DNA of 64,000 nucleotides, taken from Eledone cirrhosa (lineage: Eukaryota). Positions 54,711 through 64,000 of the stretch are shown here, piece by piece; positions within the stretch are counted from its first letter, which is position 1, and every line of letters begins with the position of its first letter. The DNA lies in contig OZ024743.1 in NCBI GenBank assembly GCA_964016885.1, positions 176,204,001-176,268,000 on the forward strand, given 5' to 3'. The notes under the pieces are model-generated. The model saw only the letters and a program-made list of their open reading frames with translations, was not told the DNA's origin and searched no databases. The position numbers and the translations under genes are program-made.

Positions 54711-56448
54711 CAAATAATGATATCAAATATAACTGTTGAAAAAGGTTTAAGTTCATGATCTGGCACAGACACAGCCATGGGGTGAAGTTTACTTTGCAAA
54801 CACGTGACTCAGGATTCGATTCAACTGGATGGCTCCTTGTGCAAGTGTCATCTACTATATCCTAGTGTTAATTAATGCCGTATGAGTAAAATTTAATGGA
54901 CAGAAAAATATTTACTAGGGTTTCTATGATTGACTAAAACTTGTGACAATTGATGCCCCAGCATGGTCCCAGTCAGATAACTGATGTCAGGAATAACATA
55001 AAAAAAAGAATCGCTGCTGGTTACGCCTTTTAATATTGAAATAAATTATATATTTTCTCTTCATTAAGCGTTGTTATCATTTTTTTAAACACATGCAAAA
55101 CAGCATTTCATTTCTATTTCAGAATTCTCAGCATAATGGTTCTAATATAGGCACAATGTCAACTAATTAGAAAGAGCGGTAAGTCGATTAAACTGACCCC
55201 AGTAATAAATTAGTACTTTATTTTATTGAGCCTGGAAGGATGAAAGGCAACGTTGACCTCAGCGGGATTTGAGCTCAGAATGTAAAGAACCAGAACAAAT
55301 ACCACAACGGCAGGATTTGAAGCAAGAACACAAAAAGCCATGACCAAATATCGCGATATATTTTGTCCGACGCACTATTGAATCTTCCAATTCACTTTCC
55401 CTGATTTTTCGGAAAAATAAAACAGCATAGATTAATAGAGAGACAGCTTATCATAATTAAATATAGTGTTTAATACTTTTATAAGTTGTTTTACATGCCG
55501 TCATAATATACTAAACGCAGGAGTGCGGGACTGCGTCCAGAATATATCTTTTTTATCCCGTTTGTAAAATAAGTTGGATTACTTTGAATAAATAATGAAT
55601 GAATATTACATAATCTATGTACCAAATTTCGTAACTCTTGATCAAATATAAATAATTTTATTACTTATTTCAAAATTCAATTCTTTAAAATTTTCAAATG
55701 TCAACACTTCCGGTTAGCGGCCGTTATATTATAATGCTTATTACATCGCTAATAGAAGCGTTCATATATATCCGTCGCTAATTTTCTCCTAATGCAGTTT
55801 ATATATAATATCGTCTCTTTTAAATGTATCATGGATTACTTTACTGATTGCAGAAGAGAGTGTGACACAGTCTCTCTTCAATTTCTGTGCATATTCTCAA
55901 TTATGATTTCATTTGACGTATCATATCTACATGCATATATACTTGCACACTACAAATGCTATCAGAAAACCACACGAGGGGTGGTTTTTCTGCTAGTATC
56001 CTTAATTTCACACTATTCAGGCTGTTCCGTTGTTCAAAGAACTAGAACTTTGACCGTCGGTGCTGACGGAGATCCAATTCTCATAGGTTCATAAGCTAGG
56101 TGACATAAAACAAAAAGGTCTTCACAAGTTGACAGGAAATTATTTGTTTCCACGAACTTGGCTACGACAAATATTATGAACACTTTTTAATGCTATAATG
56201 TACAGAGTTTCATTGGGAAAATATTATTTAAATAGAAATATAGTAAGAGTATAGATATGTAAATAGATTTTCTGGTTAATGTTTCAGAATGTTAGTATAA
56301 GCTGTTTTGACAAAATAATATTTACAGATCAAATCTCATTTATGTTAAATCTATATACGCACACAACGACACATCTAAGCATTTATTGCTCAATCTATAC
56401 ACACAACACAAACAAAAGCAAATGACATCACACACATTTGTATGTATC

Positions 56449-56538
<90 letters not shown>

Positions 56539-56804
56539 CACACATATATATACATATACATATGTACGTATGGGTTATATCAAACATTAATAATTATGTC
56601 CTTAATTTTCGAGATAATATCTCTTCTTCGGAGGGAGGTAAAGCGGTTAAACCAGTGTTCTAAATAGCTTGCCATTATGTTTGATTCGTTTGTAAACAAA
56701 CAGTCCGATTTGAAGCTGTGCCTGTAACTGATCGTCACCTATTTTTCTCAACACTGGCTTTGAGGAACAATCCACATGTTTCTGGGTCATTACCCTTCAT
56801 CAAG

Positions 56805-56842
<38 letters not shown>

Positions 56843-58005
56843 ACGCACACACACATATATATATATATATAATGTTTAATATAGAAATAGCTTCTGCAAG
56901 ACAGCTTTCCTGATATTTCTTTTCAATGAAACAGCTTTAGTCCTGTAGGAGCCATTTCTATATCAAACATGATGTTTACACTCTACTAAACTTTGGAGTA
57001 GATTACTAACTCTGGTTACGCCCGATTGAACCCGAGACTCACATATATATATGTGTGTGTATATATGTGTGTGTGTGTGTGTGTGTGCGTGCGTGTGCGT
57101 GTGTGCGTGCGTGTGTGTTTGTGTGTGTGTGTGTGTGTGTGAGTGTGTGTGTGGGTCTGTGTGTTATGTATATTTATTATGCATGAACATATTGTACGCG
57201 TTCATACACATCTTTATTTTGTCTTACGCTGTGTTAGTGCTATCTTTATATATATATAGAATAAGAAAATGCTAAGTACTTTCAGATGTTACAATCCTTT
57301 ATTAATAAGGCCGTGATACACACTTCAACGAAGACAGTGGCCACGTGATTCCGCGTACCCAGTGCCATGATCTCATTAGACAGCATCTAACATAAAAAGG
57401 TTACGTTCCCGAGGCAATCCTAATTGAAACGACAAGGGAACGGAAAAAGGTGATGTTCTTGAAGCCTTCGCCCGCTCCCTTCTGAGCCCCAATTCACCTC
57501 TACATCCTTGCCCAGGCGCAAATGTGAAAGAAGTTGACCAGCTAACAACCTACCCCATAACACAACAAAACTACCCTAGATAGTCCCCCCCCCCCCCCCC
57601 GAAAAACCCAACTTATCTCCCCCAGCCAGGTCGGTAAGGTGACATGGTTACAGGGGTCATGCGAACAACCAAGTTGTAGCTTACCGCCAGTCGCAGGTCT
57701 AGTGGCAGCCGACCAAAACTCTGTGGTAGTGACAGAGTATAAGTTTCAATAGGTTTCAATACTACCCCTAAATTATGCTTAGACAATAGAATTGACCATC
57801 ATCCGATATATACTGGACGCACGAGTAGAAGGACGTGTGATTTTTTTCCTGCCGGTAGCATATCACAAAATCGAATTTCATCTGAGGATACCGTTCTCAC
57901 AACAGCAACAAATGCATGAATTACATCTTGATTACATGGGAGAACCGTTGAAATAATTAAATAATTATAATGAATAAACGATTATGTAACATCAGCATCT
58001 TTATT

Positions 58006-58646
<641 letters not shown>

Positions 58647-58675
58647 ATATATATATATATATATATATAAAACTA

Positions 58676-58950
58676 GATATAACGCGCATTTAGACACGAT
58701 AGACATAAGAATGCCACCTCACTGGCGGGATACATCTCCTTTTTAAAAAATAATAATACCCCATACAAACTTTTTTGGAGGAAGCTTACTAGATCCACGC
58801 CATACCGACCGCAGAGCGGGAGTTGTGACCTGTGTTTACTAGAATGCCATGCCATAATACACTCTAAACTGAACCTGCTTAACAGAAAATCGGATATTTT
58901 CTCCTCTTGCCAACACAAAATCCTGAGTTCCTTCTTCTATTTTAAACCTA
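58676..58950 (+). mobile_element. Penelope-like GIY-YIG C-terminal fragment
   Basis: With one frameshift reads HKNATSLAGYISFLKNNNTPY...W...PYRPQSGSCDLCLLECHAII...LLNRKSDIFSSCQHK (PLE C-x-LC-x-x-E...LLN-x-x-SE...C-x-H ending). Confidence 0.8.
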
Positions 58951-59349
58951 GCACATAGACGTAATATATATTACGCAACCCCCACCTAGACATACCCCTC
59001 CTTGACTATAACTCCCCCCCCCCAACCCATAACCCAAATAGATAGGTAGCCTATGGGTGGAACAGTCCCCTACAAGGTTTGTGTTTGTGTCTGTGTGTGT
59101 GTGTGTGTATGTGTGTGTGTGTATTCTCCTTTTCTCTCACACACACATACACACATACATATGTATGTATATATGTGTGCATGTGTACATGCATATATAT
59201 GTATATTGTATATATATATATATATGTATATTATATACATATATATTGTATGTGTGTGTATATGTGATATGTATATATGTATGTATATGTGTATATATGT
59301 GTATGTGTGTGTATGATATCTATATATGTGTGTATGTATATATATTTTC

Positions 59350-61110
59350 TCTGTAGAAGTCTTCTCTATATGTGGTGTTCGGCATGAATTCCTCCTATAA
59401 TACTCTTCTTTGAGAGGAGCACGATATGTAGAGTAACACATAGGTATTGTCGAAGTTGAAACTGAGAACCACCACCCCTCCTGCTGACCCAAATGTTTAC
59501 TGAGGACCAGAACACCATTCTCCACAATATAAGAGAGGAATGCGCTTGCCGGACTATTGATGACCATAACATCACATTCCAAGGTAATGGAAAAACACAG
59601 TGAATGGTAAACACGACCAGAACATCACAACATGCACATCGGAGCAACAGAGATATAATATCAATAAGCGAATCAATTGAATTTTTTGAGTTGAAATACA
59701 TATAAATATGTGTCTGTGTGTATCGGACATACGTACACATGAAGAAACTGCTGACCTAAATGTACCTGTCATGCCTGTCTGAATTCCCAAGAAAATTTTC
59801 AGTCAGTTACTATCTTGACCGCTTACCCTCACAATTACTACGTAGCGGTTCTTGCACGTAACTGCTAGACCCGGATGAAACGAAAACGAAGAATTTCCTT
59901 GCGTACCGTTTTGTACCACAGATGCAATCTCACTCTGCCTCGTTAATGTTCAATCGACACCAAAGTTCTACGTTCTGGGCAATAGAATTGAATCCAACCA
60001 CCTACAACATAGTTGGATGACCGATAATCACACCAAACCGGAGTACTGTGATCCTTGTGATTTCTAGATATACAACCACTGATAGTGTAACGAAGACCAG
60101 AAAACCATACTCCATAATATTGAACCAAGTGATTGATTTGAGCGACCAAAATAACACCACACACATATTGGGTCGGCAATGAACTAGGAATACTGGATCC
60201 TCCGTCAATGTCTGGGTGAGCAAAAATAGATTTCTATCTGCATTGAAATTTACGAACTTGTGCATCTGCTGTGGTGTCAAACACAAACGCACACGACCGC
60301 ACAGATGAGCAATGGACTATGCCACGTGGGTTGAACTTGCAAGTGAATTGAAGGATGTGTAACTCTGATATACAGATTATATATTATTAAGATGTATAAA
60401 CTTGACATAACTATTATCATCTTATATTCTCTCAACTAATCACATTTGATTATATTTCTCTATCCCGTTTTCTCCCCCCATATTTATAATATTTTTATTT
60501 GACAAAATCGTTTTTTTTACATTGTGTTTTTCCCTTCTAATACTTGCTTATATCTTTTTAATATATTCTCTATATATTTTTATTTATATATTTTTTATCT
60601 TTATTCTTATTTTCACTCTTATCCTCCTTTATATTTTAACTTATTCTTACTTTTATACCTTATTATAGTGTAATCTTCCCCATGCCTTATTATACATTAT
60701 TAATTACAGATTATTATTATTACTCTTATTCCATTTCTAATTACCTCATGTACTTTCTCCTCCGTTATATATATATTGTATGCCCTTTGTGTGTGTGTAG
60801 CCTCTGCACACCCTCTTCACCCTACTATCGGCGCCACCCTATCTATGGCTCCACTAACCACTCGACTCCCGGGAATGAATATGACCACAGCTAGTAAACA
60901 AGGACCCACATCCCACCCTCCCGCACCAAAATTAGACTTATCGTCTCCTGATTTTGCTCTTTACTCTCTTTACTCTCTGTTCTTGAATGTTTGGTTGGTA
61001 GAGTCCATAACACCAATCAAACCCCTTTTATAGCTCTGAAGAATCCTACGGCTACGTAAGGAAGAAACATTGTAAGCCAATAAAAATCTGTTCATGTTGT
61101 AGACGCGCTT
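59350..61110 (+). mobile_element. Highly decayed Penelope-like element 3' part with pLTR hammerhead
   Basis: PRGLN-type terminus at ~60322-60336, pyrimidine-rich 3' region, hammerhead at 61033, AATAAA at 61079, then (TA)n. Confidence 0.55.
61033..61077 (+). ncRNA. Minimal type I hammerhead ribozyme
   Basis: GCT-CTGAAGA-A-TCCTACG-GCTA-CGTAAGGA-A-GAAA-CATTG-TA^-AGC; GUA triplet. Confidence 0.7.
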
Positions 61111-61119
61111 GTGTTCTTT

Positions 61120-61196
<77 letters not shown>

Positions 61197-61643
61197 CTAT
61201 TAACGCAAATGCAGATATATCTCTCGAATTCTACTCATTTCCTCGACTTGTAATATTGAAATGTTTATTAACATTCAGAACTTCGTATTGAGAGAATCTT
61301 TCAATCATCGTACTAGCAATGCAAAGAAAAGCCATATGTAATAGAATTTGAAAAGGATGTTCGTACAAGATGATTGATGATTGTTAAACTTTCGAGAAAA
61401 AGAATCAGTGACAAATACGAAATCCTTGACAATATATCATCTTTCGAGACTTATTTATTTCAAATATATTCTGGATTTTGGCCTCCGTCACGTATGTGTT
61501 CAATAGACATTGTGGTACTTCATGAAACAAAAAACAAATCCAAGCAGGAAAACAAAATTTAATGTATTGTTTTAGTGTTTGTTGAGGTTGAATGTGATTT
61601 TATTTAATGCAATTTTCAAGCTATCACTCATACAAGCAGACAC

Positions 61644-61727
<84 letters not shown>

Positions 61728-61842
61728 GATAAATCTACCAAAATATACGGTAGTGTCCAATCCGTATGAAGAACTCAATGTAATCCAAATATCATGAAAA
61801 GAGAAGATGTATTCAAAATTTTTTCGATGAAAATCACAGGAA

Positions 61843-61896
<54 letters not shown>

Positions 61897-62556
61897 CATA
61901 AACTCTATATCGCTGTGTAATATCTGTTGGCATTTAATGTCCAGAAAGGATGAGGCACTACCACTGTCACTATCGCGATTTTCTCGCCATGGGACTTGGA
62001 TACTAGAGCCGCATGCTACCATTCTATTATACAGCGATGTGAGACTGCTTTTTCTATAACCTAATTTTCACTAACTTGTTGATTTAGACACATTGGCTGA
62101 GACTTATAACGGGAGCAGAACTATTGGATTTCTAATCTACTGCCATCACGTGAATTTATAAATCGGTGGCCGGTCGGGGACAGCATTGTATCAGATCCCA
62201 GTTGCTAATCACTTTACTGTTCTGGCCGTCACAAGCAGTCATGGCCGGCACGGGCTGGAGTCGAATTCTGTCGATCGATTGGTTATTGATTAGGCGAAAC
62301 CTGCTGATGAAGCCACATGCACCGATTATGCATTGTTGCATACTATTTGGGGACAGAGGGCGCCGTGCACTCTGCTGCTGCATAAAGTGTGGCAGAAACT
62401 CGAATTCGGAAACTACTATAGGTACCCGTTTACGTGTGTTGTATTGAAGCGAATAACTATGCGTACACTCTGGGAGTATATTTAACATTACCTATTGAGT
62501 ACGCTGAGATGCAACCGGTCTTCGCATTCATACAATTACTTGGTTCGTCAACTTCT

Positions 62557-62603
<47 letters not shown>

Positions 62604-62997
62604 CACACACACACACGTATATATCTATATCGTCATCTTTACATATATTTATATATGACACACACACATACACACACACATACACACACATACACACACA
62701 CATATATATACATACGAATCATTACACAGATAGATAGACAAATAGATAGATTGATAGATAGATCAATCTATCTATCTGTCTATCTGTCTATCTATCTGTG
62801 TAATGATTCCTATATGATATATGTGATATATATGATATAGTTGATATATCTCATATGAAATAATACAGCTAATTATCCACACAATACAATATAGTTAGCA
62901 CCCCAAACGTTTAATTTGGGAATATACTCAGGTATTTCCTAATGTTTGTTGAGTCAGTTGGAATTTGGCCGGAGTATCGCTTTTAGCTTTCTCCGAT

Positions 62998-63047
<50 letters not shown>

Positions 63048-63197
63048 TAATTGAATAAACAAGAGAGATGAACACTAATATAAACATACATGTGTTCGAA
63101 TCGTAAGGACCAAAATTGTAAGAGACTAATTGTAAGAGACTACCGTGAGTTCTTAACTCAATATATATACATACGAATCATTACACAGATAGATAAC

Positions 63198-63835
63198 TTT
63201 CTTTTTATTTGCCACCAGGGTGTCAAAGAGTGGGACAAGTACAATGGGGGAGTTTACATAAAAAGGCGTCCTCAATAAGGAGGAGGCAATAACAAAATAT
63301 AAAAATATAAGATATAAAATATAACAAAAATAAATTGAATAACAAAATCCTCAATAGGGAGGAGGCGCCTTGTGGGGGTCGCAAACAACCCCGAAAAAGT
63401 GTGCAACCCTTCTCCTCAAGAGCACAGAGAGAAGGTGCTCCCTTGATCTTTCATCTTTCTCACCTACAGTCTGATGTAGAGTGAAGGCCCTTTCACACAG
63501 GCCATTCTCGCCACTTTCACCCATCTTTCATAAAAACGGCTGGGGTGCAGCACCTCTCTCTCCATCCTGATCCTTCTTCCGAAATGATATCGGAAAAACG
63601 GACCAGTTGTTGGCCAGAGAGAAATGTGTCTGACCTCAGTCCTTTCAGAGGCGTCCACCATACAACCTCTTTCGCCATGGCTATTACGCACAGAAACACC
63701 GCCTCTTCTTCGTTTTTGAAGAGGGAAGGCGGCTTGATCGTTACAATAGACTCGGTGGTCAACCTGATCGGTCCCACCCTTGACAGCAGTTGTTCGATAT
63801 AGCCCCACAGATCGGCAATGCCCGAACAGTGTACC
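63198..63835 (-). mobile_element. Tx1-clade LINE copy C, 3' stub next to (GATA)n
   Basis: ORFs 63464..63808 and 63517..63777 match the C-terminus of copies A/B; long (GATA)n at the 5' junction and GATAGATA at the 3' junction. Confidence 0.9.
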
Positions 63836-63963
<128 letters not shown>

Positions 63964-64000
63964 CTCTTTATGTTTGAGAGTTTCACAAATCTGATTTATT

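Noticed and set aside
56770-56806. Minus-strand TTGATGA-A-GGGT-AATG-ACCC-A-GAAA-CATG-TG hammerhead
   Set aside because: C3U change and G at the cleavage position; likely an inactive relic
62292-62314. GGC-GAAA-CCTG-CTGATGA-AGCC
   Set aside because: Both core boxes are present but there is no room for stems I/III or the NUH triplet
61900-62550. GC-richer block with short ORFs on both strands
   Set aside because: Probably an old TE fragment; no motif I can name

Overview
AT-rich, microsatellite-saturated eukaryotic (animal) genomic DNA. The tRNA-head SINE families resemble those I associate with octopus/coleoid cephalopods (inference). There is no intact host gene, and most ORF-track calls are (TA)n/(CA)n/(GA)n artefacts. 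Mobile elements: (1) three Tx1-clade (L1-group) LINEs, one near full length with ORF1+ORF2, all embedded in (TATC)n/(GATA)n; (2) three R4/Dong-clade RLE retrotransposon copies at (TAA)n-type repeats; (3) Penelope-like (GIY-YIG) remnants; (4) an internally deleted Helitron; (5) an RTE 3' stub with an 8-bp TSD; (6) many SINEs. There are also local segmental and tandem duplications and a probable decayed LRR+TIR (Toll-like receptor) pseudogene. The standout hidden signal is a dense set of minimal type I hammerhead ribozymes (HHRs). About 7 copies have an intact catalytic core (5 distinct sequences) and several more are variant or decayed. Most sit in short non-coding modules next to (TA)n and are often duplicated back-to-back as palindromes. 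One is a 467-bp tandem/inverted unit that looks like a retrozyme able to make circular RNA.
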